In this document: positions 39,066 through 53,230 of the stretch, one piece after another
How the letters are laid out: every line of letters begins with the position of its first letter
How positions within the stretch are numbered: the first letter of the stretch is position 1
Assembly (NCBI GenBank): GCA_964016885.1
Contig: OZ024741.1
Span: 79,360,001 to 79,424,000 of the forward strand
Source: Eledone cirrhosa
Lineage: Eukaryota
Length of the DNA: 64,000 bases
Direction: 5' to 3'
Program-made: the position numbers and the translations under genes
Notes under the pieces: model-generated
What the model was told of the DNA's origin: nothing
What the model saw: only the letters and a program-made list of their open reading frames with translations
Database searches by the model: none

Positions 39066-39630
39066 AAGCGATGAAATACCAATGAAGGTTGGAAGATCAC
39101 TGATGAAGGACTAATTTTATTCATATGTAACCCATGTGCAACCACGCAGCACTCCATTTTTCTTATATTTATATTTTTTCCTCAGCTGCGATTGTCTGTT
39201 TCTTTCTTACTGCTTCCCCTCTCTCTGTATCTCTCACTTCCACTCACTCACTCTCTGCTTCTCCCCCTCTCTCATTTCCTCCCGTTTGACCTGTGTGAAA
39301 TCCTTTTCTCGCTCACATCTCACCCATGTCGGATGGTCTGTATCTCTCGTCCATGATTTCACCAAGCTTAAGCTTACAGATATCATGTACTTGTCTCTTC
39401 CTATCTTTCCGTGGCGATACCATCTTTGTTTGTTTACATGTCTCGCTCGCTTCACCCTATTTTACTTGTCCCAATAACTTTATTTAGTTATTGCTCGCAC
39501 CAACCAGAGGTATATGATTTTTAAAGCGATGAAATACCAATGAAGGTTGGAAGATCACTGATGAAGGAGTAATTTTATTTATATGTAACCGATGTGCAAC
39601 CACGCAGCACTCCATTTTTCTTATATTTAT
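39065..39630 (+). mobile_element. Partial-tandem non-coding element (period 458 bp) with half-hammerhead CTGATGA
   Basis: AAAGCGATGAAATACCAATGAAGG at 39065 and 39523; related pieces at 25621-25710 (+) and 26500-26603 (-). Confidence 0.7.
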
Positions 39631-39652
39631 ATATATAATATATATATATATA

Positions 39653-39683
<31 letters not shown>

Positions 39684-39897
39684 CCTGGACCAGGCGATGC
39701 GTTATATATATATATATATATCCTGGACCAGGCGATTCGTTATGTCCTTGAGCAAGACACTTTATTTCACGTTGCTCCTTCTACCTGGAGTTGCGACCGA
39801 TAGATAGTATTAGCAATTGGAAAGACCAACGGAAACATTGCTCCCTCGGTCCGATTTGACGAAAGTCGATCGTTCCTTTATATATATATATATATAT

Positions 39898-40423
39898 ATA
39901 TTGTTGTACTTGGGGAGGGTCATATTTGTGTAATATTGCCAGAATTAATAACAGAACACACTCACTGTTTGGTTGGTTTTCGCTTTTCGCTTCTGTGTCT
40001 TTTATATCGGTAATCTAATTTATTCGGTCCTCAATGTTGCCATTGACTGACCAGCGGTCAAAAATAATACCGATACAATATAGACTAAATAAAGATGGCG
40101 TAGAAAATACAATGTAACGGGAGGAAACAATAGCACCACTGACGATGTTGCAGATGTGCAACGAAAGAACTTTGATAAACTATATATATGTGTTTGTATC
40201 TATATTGTATCGGTATTATTTTTGACCGCTGGTCAGTCAATGGCAACATTGAGGACCGAATAAATTAGATTACCGATATAAAAGACACAGAAGCGAAAAT
40301 CGAAAACCAACCAAACAGTGAGTGTGTTCTGTTATTAATTCTGGCAATATTACACAATTATGACCCTCCCCAAGTATAACAATATTTGTTTCGACACACG
40401 ATTTCATATCAAAAACCTCGCAA

Positions 40424-40428
<5 letters not shown>
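39898..40428. mobile_element. Fold-back element (~187-bp arms) in (TA)n with an HHR core in the spacer
   Basis: 39898-40085 is the reverse complement of 40199-40385; spacer has CTGACGA-t-gttgca-gatg-tgcaac-GAAA (40139-40166). Confidence 0.8.
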
Positions 40429-40496
<68 letters not shown>

Positions 40497-40539
40497 TAAT
40501 ATATATATTAATATATAATATATATTAATATATATATTA

Positions 40540-40614
<75 letters not shown>

Positions 40615-40883
40615 AAATAAGGCTAGTCAGCCGATGTGTACTTAAGAAAATACTATATAATTTCAACCGATCAACAAATTGGCAGAGGAATACAATCCTT
40701 ATGAAGGTTAATGACCCAGAAATATGCTGATTGTTCCTCAATGCCAGTGTTGAACAAACGGGTGACGATTTGTCATCGGCACGGCGGAGCTTTAATCGGC
40801 GGTTTGTTTACAAACGAATCGAATATTATTATTAATATTCGATATAACCCATACGTATATATGTATATTTATCTATGTGTGTG

Positions 40884-40986
<103 letters not shown>

Positions 40987-41606
40987 CTACGTATGCATAC
41001 TTACATATATATATATTAATAAAAGAGTGAAATAATTATGCGTCTAACATATTTTTCTGACATGAATGATTATGTTATGATTAAGGCAAATAACCCCCCC
41101 CCCCCCCCCAGCAGATGCTAAATTGTACAGATTATATATAATTTATTAATTTGGATTTGTATATTAAAATGTTCTAAATTTTGGAATTTTAATACTTTAT
41201 GACAGTTGATTGAAATATCAATAAATCATTGCATTATTTATTTTATAATTGAAGGTGATGGATTTGTGTTATCGGTAGTGTTGGACAAAATGCTTTGCTT
41301 CATTTAGTTACATTCTCAATTCAAATCACGCTGAATTTCACTTTATCGTTTCAATAAAGTACAAGTCGATTCAATCAAACTTTCCTCACACCAAATTTCT
41401 GATCCCGTGCTTAAATTTGAAACCAGTATGTATTTTATTTTAATTTAATTTTAATTTTTACCTATATCTTTGAAAATTATTAAAATTTCAATGAATATTC
41501 CACCTTTACTTCGGTTAATATGCTTCCTGATTAATTTGTCTTTCGACCAATTTATTTTTATACAAATGTCTGTTAGCCAATATGCTTTTGATGAATATTC
41601 CTATAC

Positions 41607-41676
<70 letters not shown>

Positions 41677-41901
41677 ATACATATATACAAACATACATAT
41701 ATATATATATATATATTACTTAAAATACATCGCAACTAAGCATGTTTTCGTAGGTACTTAGCGTTTCTTGATGGTATCCGATTAATCTTGCATGCACCCT
41801 CCATCTTCGGGCTTTGTGAAAAATGTATATGCTTCCGGGTTTTGTTAACTTCCGGTGTTGAATCACTTTGAAAAAGTTTTTTGAAAAAAATGTATATATA
41901 G

Positions 41902-42014
41902 TGTTTCCGAAGAAGACGGTCTGATCGAATCTATGTCTGATAGTATAGTTATGTAACTATTATAGATCAGTCAATATGTCAATATGATCAACCCTCCGAA
42001 ACGATCGCAAAACA
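41902..42014 (+). ncRNA. Variant/degenerate hammerhead (U4C, U16.1C), long stem II
   Basis: tgttt-CCGAAGA-agacggtctgatc...gatcaaccctcc-GAAA-cgatcg-CA-aaaca. Confidence 0.55.
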
Positions 42015-42073
42015 ATGATATGAATAGGTAAAATAACTTGACTTTGTTATTATTTTCATTGTTAAATTAATAT

Positions 42074-42126
<53 letters not shown>

Positions 42127-42201
42127 TATATTGAGTTATAAACTCAAAATAGACTTTTACAATTAAATAGCTCAAATAGGGAATCTTTTCGAGCCGTGTA
42201 A

Positions 42202-42520
42202 TACAATTGAATATATGAGAGGGATGAACACCAATGCAAGTATACATGTGTTAGAATTGTAAATGACCAAGTTGAAAAATACTAATTTAAAATAATATGG
42301 TTTGCCTGTCTCGATTTAAAGTGATAAATCAATAAAAATAACAAACCTATATTGAGTAATCTCCGTTTGATACCCGGACAGATCTAAATCTGTTTCGCAA
42401 CAATTAATAAGTGAAAGTCACTATCCCTGTGCTTTTAAATTAGTATTTTTCAACCTAGTTACCTTGGTCATTTACAATTCGAACACATGTATTGGTGTTC
42501 ATCCCTCTCATATATTCAAT

Positions 42521-42523
<3 letters not shown>
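42202..42523. repeat. Inverted repeat (~90-bp arms) in (TA)n with the 3' half of an HHR in the spacer
   Basis: 42202-42291 vs 42433-42523; minus strand GAAA-cagat-ttag-atctg-TC near 42376-42395. Confidence 0.7.
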
Positions 42524-42563
<40 letters not shown>

Positions 42564-42872
42564 GCGCACGTAACTGAAAAGTTCTGAAAACTGATAGCCT
42601 ACACATTAACATGTTTGTTCCCCGAAAGTTATTTTCTACGACATAATGTTTGTAATAACAAATCCAAGAATTTGTTCCAGATCATAATTGCCAGGTTTCG
42701 GAATAGGATTATTAGTTTTATGAATGTGTTTGTTTGGTTTGTCTTTTGGGGAGGCGGGGATTCTACATGTAAACATAAAATATAGTATATCTACTTCTTC
42801 AGAATGTAGGTGTATAATTATATACACACTATAATAATCATTTCAGCTGAGAAATTATGGCGTGTTATGGTG

Positions 42873-42922
<50 letters not shown>

Positions 42923-42978
42923 CACCATATATATATATATGATGTGATAAAAACCACAGACCCTCCATCTCAACTCTA

Positions 42979-43014
42979 CTTTTGAAATGCAGAAGAACTG
43001 CGAAACCGGTAAAG
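42979..43014 (+). ncRNA. Second copy of the U3-A8 minimal hammerhead (A9U)
   Basis: ctt-TTGAAAT-gcag-aagaa-ctgc-GAAA-ccgg-TA-aag. Confidence 0.6.
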
Positions 43015-43083
43015 GAACCAAATAAATATATATATATTTTTTTAAATAAGACTCCAGTTGCATTTTCGATTTCATCTTTTTTT

Positions 43084-43645
<562 letters not shown>

Positions 43646-43878
43646 GTGTATGTAAGTATCTACATGTGTATGAATATGTATGTACTAGTAATTTGTAACA
43701 GACAATAAGGTAAATATTTAGATGCTGTTACATTACTAAGACGTTCGACCAAATTTCCAAAATTCTCCATTTATATCTAACTTGTGTTTATCTTTCCATC
43801 TAACTCCTGCTTACTTCTGCATATTTCTCACTCTTTACCCACCCACACATCTATCAAACGTTCTTTCTCTCTCTCTCT

Positions 43879-43913
<35 letters not shown>

Positions 43914-43916
43914 CCC

Positions 43917-43958
<42 letters not shown>

Positions 43959-43961
43959 CTA

Positions 43962-44044
<83 letters not shown>

Positions 44045-44175
44045 GGATACTATTTATAGTTATGTATATTTTAAACCATAAACAGGGAAGGTCAGTAATT
44101 TATTACTACCTTATTACCAGTAAGATAAATAGCTCAATGTAATAACATCAGTTGTTCTACAGAGCAGTTATATAG

Positions 44176-44794
<619 letters not shown>

Positions 44795-45642
44795 GCTAAG
44801 CAAAAATAACAACAAAAAACGGTACAGTACATGGAAGAAATATATTAGTGTAACGTTTAAAATAGTAGGAAGAGAGTCTACTGCGGAAGATACCACTTGA
44901 CCAGCCTCTCTCCAAGATGGTTGACTGAATATGCTCCTGTGTTTTTATCTCTCCCTTTTCCCTCATTTTGGTGATATAATATTCGATAGTACGTATGTAT
45001 ATTGAAAATTCCAACTAACTTCTTCCAATTAGTATGACAATTTCCCACCGTCCCATATGTATAGAATACTATATCACCATGCTATTGAGCTTTCATACTA
45101 AACTACCTCAAACCTAGAGGATTATATTGTAATTATGAGCCAAAATATAATAACTATAGTCTCTCCCATTGGCAAAACGACCGAACTAACAGCCCCCACC
45201 CTTCATAATAACTGTTGTTCGACGAAAATGAATCGGAACACCAATATATTCCCCAATAACCAGACGGAACTCATGAGTCCGCAGAGAATGCAACGACAAC
45301 TGGTTTGATGCCAAAAATATAAAATTCACCAACTAATGGAGTATATTCATGAACCGCCGAGAAAACTAGTCTCGTACAACAATTAACTGACAATAGTCCC
45401 AACTTTGGCTGCCTAAACTTTTCTTTATCATTAATACCAAACAACTTTGTTTAAAAAGTACCAAAATATACAAAAAGGTACCAAATCCAAGTACATTAAT
45501 ATGAAACTCCATAAATGTTTAAAAAAGAAAATGTCTTACATTTACTTTATATATATAAATTTCTTCCTGCACACTTGCAGTACCTGTTTCTGTCTTGTAG
45601 TTTAAGACAAAGTTGCTGTTGTGGATGCCTCTTTGTACATCG

Positions 45643-45704
45643 TGATGAGGATGATGATGATGAGGATGATGATGGTGGTGGTGATGGTGATGGTGATGAT
45701 GATA

Positions 45705-45739
<35 letters not shown>
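45643..45739. repeat. (GAT)n microsatellite
   Basis: Direct reading. Confidence 0.9.
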
Positions 45740-46939
45740 ATCCGTATTCCAAAATCTCTAAAACCATAACTATCTTACAAACTTGTAATTCACTAGATGC
45801 AAACTAAAATCAGAATGACTTCCTAACTAAACTAAATTGAATCCCCAATAAGGATAATCTAAGCCTGATCAGAAATAATCACAATATACCCCTAAAATTC
45901 ATCCTGACATTTACAACTTATTTCTGAATAATAATTGTAAATTATATATGTTGTATCTATAAGACAACGCTCACCGAAAATATTTCAGGACTCTAAAACT
46001 CAAATCCATTATCTAAAAGACATTAAAAGACCGTAAAAGATCTTATCTTGATCCTAAAATAACCTCAGAATCAAAGCACCAGCTATAAAGTTCTAACAGA
46101 CATTTAACAAACTATTTCCTAGAAAAGAAAGTCTCCACTCTTAATTAAGCTCACTTTGAATTCGTCCGGAAAAGCAGCCGTAAGGATTTCCATTATCTTC
46201 AAGAGAGAAGACGAAAAACAATTAGTTAGATATTAAGACTTAAAATATCAGATTGACCATACAGAATGACACGAAGGTGGATGATGTTCCTATAGATATG
46301 ACAACCTATGCTATAAAAATAATTGTTTCTACTTTTGGCACAAGGCCAGCAATTATCTCAGTGTATTACTGGTGCTGCGTAGGATAAATAATTGTTTATA
46401 AAACTAGCACAAATCCAACAATTTAAGGGAAGAGGCTAGTCGATTAAATCGACTCCATTTCTTTAGTGGTATTTACTTTTATCGACCAGCGTCAGATATA
46501 CCTGTTGGAATCATACAGTGCTGTTACTCATTCACTAGGGTCTCTGCACTGCCAGACATGACAGCGCCATCAGGTCGCATGTATATCCATGTAGTCAGTG
46601 GATGGATAGACCTACTATTGCTGAGAAATCAACATCACCACTTGATCTGAACCAACAAGTAATATGCTCAGTAAGGATATGGCCGTTTTTTTCATTTTAA
46701 TTAATTTCAAGCATCTGAAAAAGTTAGGCATGTTTATGTCTATGAAATCACTGGTAATCTCCTTATAATATATAACCAGCAATTTCTTTGTCTGTCTGTC
46801 CGACAGTGGAAACACGTGCGCGCGTGCGAATGTTTTTTGCGCACGCGTAGAGAGAGAGTGATAGAGTGAGAGTGAAAGAAAGAGACAGACTACAAGAGGG
46901 GGGATAGCGGGAGGGAGAGAGGGGGGAATTGAGGAGTGC

Positions 46940-48070
46940 TACAGAAACATATATACATTTCTGTGTGTGTGTAATATATATATATATACACACACAGAAA
47001 TATATATATATACACACAGAAATATATATACATTTCTGTGTATGTAATATATATATATATACATTTCTGTGTGTGTAATATATATATATATATATATACA
47101 CACACAGAAATATATATACATTTCTGTGTGTGTAATATATATATGTATATATATATATACACACACATAAATGTTTATATATTTCTGTGTGTATATATAT
47201 ATATATTACACACACAGAAATGTATATATATATATACACACAGAAATATATATACATCCCTTAGCTACTGTACTGTATCTGTTGCTATCTCTCTTTCTCT
47301 CCAGCTATCCCTCTCTTTTAGTCTGTCTGTTTCTCTCACTCTCACTCTTTCTCTTTGTAACATACTAACATTCCTCCCCTCTATCGCTGTGACGAATGGG
47401 GAGATGGAGGAGGAGGAGGAGGAGAGAGTCACTTCGTCACTTCACCTCTGCCTTTCCTTCTCTCCCCTCTCACTCCCTCATTACGTACAGACATTAGGGC
47501 GGTGGATTGGCAGAATCTGTAGAGAGTCGGACACCATGCTTCATAGCATGGAGTTACGTCCCTTTACGGCCTGAGTTCAAATACCGCCGAGGTTAACTTT
47601 GCCTTTCATCCTCACGGGGTCGATAAAATAAAGTACCAGTAATGTACTGGGTAATTGCTGGCCTTGTGCCAAAGTAGAAACAATTATTAGAAACATTGCT
47701 TCATTTTTACATATCTAAGCATTAGTAAAATAACTAATAATATTTCAAAAGTAATTTTTCAATTCCAATTGTTATGAACAGCAAAACATTAATAATAATT
47801 TTGTTCTAAGAAATATATATACATTTCTGTGTGTGTAATATATATATATATACACACACAGAAATATATATACATTTCTGTGTGTGTAATATATATATAT
47901 TACACACACAGAAATATATATACATTTCTGTGTGTGTAATATATATATATATATATACACACACAGAAATATATATATATACACACAGAAATATATATAC
48001 ATTTCTGTGCGTGTAATATATATATATATATATATACACACACAGAAATATATATACATTTCTGTGTGTG

Positions 48071-48121
<51 letters not shown>

Positions 48122-48130
48122 GAAATATAT
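46940..48130. repeat. Two blocks (46940-47255, 47808-48130) of a self-complementary minisatellite ACACACAGAAAT-ATATATAC-ATTTCTGTGTGT-(TA)n
   Basis: Direct reading; each unit is a hairpin. Confidence 0.85.
47498..47688 (+). mobile_element. Full-length tRNA-derived SINE
   Basis: A-box-like TGGCAGAATCTG, B-box GAGTTCAAAT, tail AGAAACAATTATT; many copies in the window. Confidence 0.88.
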
Positions 48131-48384
48131 GGGCATTTCTCTGTTTGTCTGTCTGTCTGTCCTTCCCTAAAACTCAAATGTAGGTGCTACAGAAATATTA
48201 CCTTCCCCTTCCTTTCTCAACTTTGGTACTACCAAGAGAAACACTGTCGCTATAGAAACATTACCTTCCCCTCTCCACTGACTTTGGTCACTGAGGCCGA
48301 GGGAATCGCTGGTTGCTATAGAGACACCTTGCACAAGCCAGAAGTAACCAGTTCGAGGCGGTTCTGACTTGACACCATGCCAAG

Positions 48385-48898
48385 TCTACTTATAATATAT
48401 AATGGGCATTTCTCTGTTTGTTTGTCTGTCTGTCCGTCTGTAAAAAATGCCAAGGAAACAAATAGACGCCGTTTCAAATCTCTATGCTTTTCAAATTCAT
48501 TACATTAATCTTTATTTATACGTTTCGCTTTACGACTGTTTCGACTTACGAGTGTTTCGGCTTACGAGTGTTTCGGCTTATCCTTATATGTAAACGTTTC
48601 TATTTCCATCGTTTTATCGTAAACGTTTATATATTTCCATCGTTATATCATAACGTTTATGTATCATAACGTTTATATTTCCGTCACTAATCTCTTTTTC
48701 TCCTTTTTCGTTTTAACATATATTTATTTCAAAGATTTCACCGTATAGATAACATATATATTTATACATGCATAAAAGACACACCGAGATACGGTGAACA
48801 TGTGGTGCCGAAAACATTTCTCATCCAAATCTCAACAATATCAGTATATACACTAGATTTGCTAGCAGAAAACCGCCCACCGGGTGGTTTTCTGCTAG
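48385..48898 (+). mobile_element. Non-autonomous Helitron-like element
   Basis: 5' TCTACTTATAATATATAA followed by (GTCT)n; 3' GC-rich hairpin ending in CTAG. Confidence 0.65.
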
Positions 48899-49193
48899 TC
48901 TATATATATAAAACTGAGGATGTCTGTCTGTGTGTGTGTGAGTTTGAATCCCTAAAACAAGAGAAGTACCCAACCGACTGTTTTCAAACTTTACACATGT
49001 TTCAGGGAGTGTTCTGAGCAAAAAGAATTTCAAATTTTCAATGCCTTAGGGACCGCATTAGACGATTTAGCGATCTCTCTCTATAATTCTTAGTTTTTTC
49101 TCTTTTTAGATAGATACATACATATAACGTCGCGCCCTTATAATATCTGTCTGTATGTCTGCTGTCTGCATTACGTCACTTCCCTGGGGATGC

Positions 49194-49274
<81 letters not shown>

Positions 49275-49865
49275 AATCCCTAAAACTCGAGAAGTACCCA
49301 ACCGACTTTTTTCAAACTTTACATGTATATTACTTATGTTTCAAGGAGTGTTATGCACATAAAATTCAACTTTTTGATCTCCTAGGGCCCGTATTAGGTG
49401 AAAAACTGCGTTTTTTTCTCAGCTTTTTAGGGGATTTTTGAGGCGTTACGTCAGACCGATTTCCTTGAAATTGTAACTATGTATTAGTCAGTCTCTTCTT
49501 CATACCGTAAGCAAAGAAAATCCAACTTGTTTATGGCCTAGGTCCCGCATTAGGTGAAAACCTTCATTTTTTCAGCTTTTTAGGGCTCTTTTGAGGCGTT
49601 ACGTCTAGCCGATTTTCCCGAAATTTCAAGGCATATTATGCACATAAAAAAAATTATTTTCTTGATCCCCTAGGGCCCGCATTAGGTGAAAACCTGCATT
49701 TTTCCTGCTTCATCGAGGAAAATCTTAAAGATTATCCAGCCATCAGAGTATTCGGTTTATTTTCTTTACATATTGTCCAGGCATGCAGTTTTTCCACGAT
49801 TAGGTCTGTTGGCGGCCCGCGTTCCAAAATACTTTATCCCGTGCAACGCCGGGTACCACTGCTAG
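48899..49865 (+). mobile_element. Non-autonomous Helitron-like element, abutting the previous one
   Basis: 5' TCTATATATATAAAA; internal repeats; 3' CCCGTGCAACGCCGGG hairpin then CTAG|T. Confidence 0.75.
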
Positions 49866-49974
49866 TACATAAATAAATCTAACAGTTAGCATATATAGCT
49901 ATATATGGATACATAGACATATTATTTCTTAAAACTTTACTTATGTTTCGTGTTTCTAACTCATTATAATAAGA

Positions 49975-50172
49975 AATAATAGTTTATGATTTAGGCACAA
50001 GGCCATACATTTTGGGGAAGGGAAAGTAGATTAAATTGACCTCAGTGCGTTACTAGTACTTTATTTTATCAACCCCGTAAAGATGCAAGGCAAAGCTAAC
50101 CTCGGCGGGATTTGAACTGAGAACATAAATGGACGTAACTATATGCCGCAAAGCATGTTGTCTGACACTGAC
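49975..50172 (-). mobile_element. tRNA-derived SINE
   Basis: Reverse complement of the family body. Confidence 0.8.
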
Positions 50173-50387
50173 CGTGTATATTTGTTACAAATAATATAAG
50201 GATCGTGTCTGGGAGATTAAAGAAGTTGTTAACATTAAATTAGCTTTAAAATTCGTAGACAATCTATTTTTAGAAGTGTTCAGGGGCTTATATTCCCAAC
50301 ATATGAGACTAGTTTTCATAACCAATAAACATTGAAACTGGTATCTTTAAAATTCAAACCTTCATATATACACACACACACACACAG

Positions 50388-50465
<78 letters not shown>

Positions 50466-50481
50466 GTGTGTGTGTGTGTGT

Positions 50482-50892
50482 TGCAGCCATTTTCTACCCA
50501 ACCGAGTCATGAGGGGGTTTGAGGGCGAGGTAAGTCCTACGCAATCGGTGTTTTTTGTTTAGGAGTTGGTCCTTCGTAAACAACATTTGTATTGTTTCCT
50601 CCGAGCAATAGTTACACGGACGGCGTCCTCCCGTATAGGAGTAAGCCCTGGACAGTAAGCTCCAAGTAAGATTGTATGTTATGTTGTTATCTTGGAGGTC
50701 CCATATGTGGCCTGAAAGTGTAGTGGCATGTCGCCGGGCCGGGTTTCAGAACGTATGTCGGTGTTGGTAGAGCCGGGTCTTAAAGTCATAAACAAATAAG
50801 ACGAACTTGTAACTGCATGTCAACACCGATTGCGTAAGACTTACCTCGCCCTCAAACCCCCTCATGACCGGGGTGGGTAGAAAATGGCTGCA
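50482..50892. repeat. 71-bp inverted repeats flanking a ~270-bp spacer, next to (GT)n
   Basis: 50482-50552 vs 50822-50892. Confidence 0.8.
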
Positions 50893-51764
50893 GCATCCTT
50901 CTTTTCCTCACTTGCCGAACAAAATAGGGGAAACCCCAGCTTACATAGGTAGATGTACTTCCTTTCTTTTCCCTTTAACTCTTCTTTTCCCTTCCTTCCA
51001 CTCCTTCTCCCCTTTCTTTTCCTTTTTCCTCTTTCGCCTACCCTGAGGCAGCCCATCGAGCTTTTGTAGCCTCAGTACCCCCACCCCAGTAAATGTTATA
51101 TAGCATTGGCCGATAACGCAATACCAGCTAAAAATATAGCAACTGCTTTAGACTCTAGAGATTTTTTTATTATTTGTTACTATTTAATTTTTTATTTTTT
51201 TATTTTATTATCTTTTAATCTCAATCTATTAACTATTTAATTCTATAACGTCCCACTCGCAAATTCCCCCAGAATTCTTTTTCGCCTGCTTTCTACCTAG
51301 CCTAATGTCATACACGCTCCTTAGAATTTGCTGTATAGAATTCACTTTCAACGCTTGACTGGCTCCACCCACTCCCTCATTGTTCTACAGGCAAGTTCAG
51401 CCACCCCCACCACCCGCCTACCACGAAGAAAGACTTAATTGTGTTTACAAGAAATTTTGACAAATCCTTTTGACAACTACAATCTTCCCATATAAGGAAT
51501 TACCCCCTCGAAAAGTTCGGCTATTTATTACCACGCTAAAAATTCTAATTTAGTCTAGAAATAGCCGTCGAACCGGCTTGAGCTCTGCCGTCGGGGTTAA
51601 ACTTTTTCTTATTAATCACTCTACTACACTAAGTATTGAGTACGCTAGTGCGTTATGGTCCATCTGGTCTCTTACCACACTTCCTTCGCTATATATATAT
51701 AGAAGTGGTAACACAACAGTTATTTCACCATACCGAGAACAATTGTTTCACCTTAGCGAAATGA

Positions 51765-51876
<112 letters not shown>

Positions 51877-51881
51877 GGAGA

Positions 51882-51929
51882 TAAGCTGACAGATCTCTGT
51901 TTCATACTGTTGGTATTCCTCAGAGCTTA
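51882..51929 (-). ncRNA. Type I hammerhead ribozyme (complete, canonical)
   Basis: taagct-CTGAGGA-atac-caaca-gtat-GAAA-cag-agat-ctg-TC-agctta; GUC triplet; all stems Watson-Crick. Confidence 0.92.
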
Positions 51930-52102
51930 GCACTCCCCTTGTTTATTGAAAATTATGAATGTTGGATTCTTATAGAATTCCAGTAATAATCAGGAACTGA
52001 TGATACAGAGCGGTTGCCGCACCAGCAAAAATTGAAAATTTTAGAATTGGTGCTCTGAAGAAGCGATGTATATATGAATGTATATATAGTGTATTTTTTC
52101 AA

Positions 52103-52144
52103 CTGAGGAATACCAACAGTATGAAACAAAGATCTGTCAGCTTA
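52103..52144 (+). ncRNA. Hammerhead copy lacking the 5' strand of stem I
   Basis: CTGAGGA-atac-caaca-gtat-GAAA-caaagatctg-TC-agctta; begins exactly at the inversion junction. Confidence 0.75.
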
Positions 52145-53230
52145 TCTCCCTTTGTTTGTTGAAAACAGAAGTAAGTGACATAGTCACTACTTTAAAACAA
52201 TAGCGTAAGGTCTTCAAAATGCTTTTAATTAAGCATACAGTGTATTGCAAAATACACTATATATACATTTATATATATATATATATATATATATTCATTT
52301 CGCTAAGGTGAAACAATTGTTCTCGGTATGGTGAAATAACTGTTGTGTTACCACTTCTATATATATATAGTGAAGGAAGTGTGATAAGAGACCAGATGGA
52401 CCATAACGCACTAGAGTACTCAATACTTAGTGTAGTAGAGTGGGTAATAGGAAAAAGTTTAACCCCGACGGCAGAGCTCAAGCCGTTTCGACGGCTATTT
52501 CTGGACTAAATTAGAATTTTTAGCGTGTTAATAAATAGCCTAACTTTTCGAGGTGGTAATTCCTTATATGGGAAGATTGTAGTTGTCAAAAGGATTTGTC
52601 AAAATTTCTTGTAAACACAATTAAGTCTTTCTTCATGGTAGGCGGGTGGTGGGGGTGGCTGAACTTGCCTGTAGAACAATGAGGGGGTGGGTGGAGCCAG
52701 TCAAGCGTTGAAAGTGAATTCTATACAGCAAATTCTAAGGAGTGTGTATGACATTAGACTAGGTAGTAAGCAGGCGAAAAAGAATTCCAGGGGAATTTGA
52801 GAGTGGGACGTTATAGAATTAAATATTACTAATATACTAACATGAATATATCGTTAATATTGTTATATTAATTTTTTCTAAAGGGGTGGTAGTTCGGCAA
52901 AATGTCTCGGAGCAATTATTTATACCGATTTACTCTTCTTTGCTGTTCATTTTCTGGGTAAGATAAAATGAGTAACAATGCGGTATTGGGGTAGAGATAA
53001 TCAACTAACCCTTTTCCAAAATATGACATCTTGGGCTTATTTTAGAAATTAATATTAACAATATGGCTATAAACAGCAATGGCATCCATACCGTAGCGTT
53101 CTTCACGCGGGATAACAAGGTTCCCGTCCAGTCCTTATGTAGAGGGAAATGTTCGAAATATATAATGCAGTTTCCATCCAACGCTGCAAGAAGTGATGAT
53201 GGGCTTGTGACCTGATCTGAGAAGAGTGGA

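Noticed and set aside
47498-47590. tRNA gene
   Set aside because: A and B boxes belong to a multi-copy SINE head; no cloverleaf
46940-48130. CRISPR-like array of palindromic repeats
   Set aside because: Spacers are just (TA)n, there are no cas genes, and the context is eukaryotic
50610-50680. HDV-like ribozyme around GTCCTCCCGTATAGGA
   Set aside because: I could not build convincing P1 and P2 helices by eye
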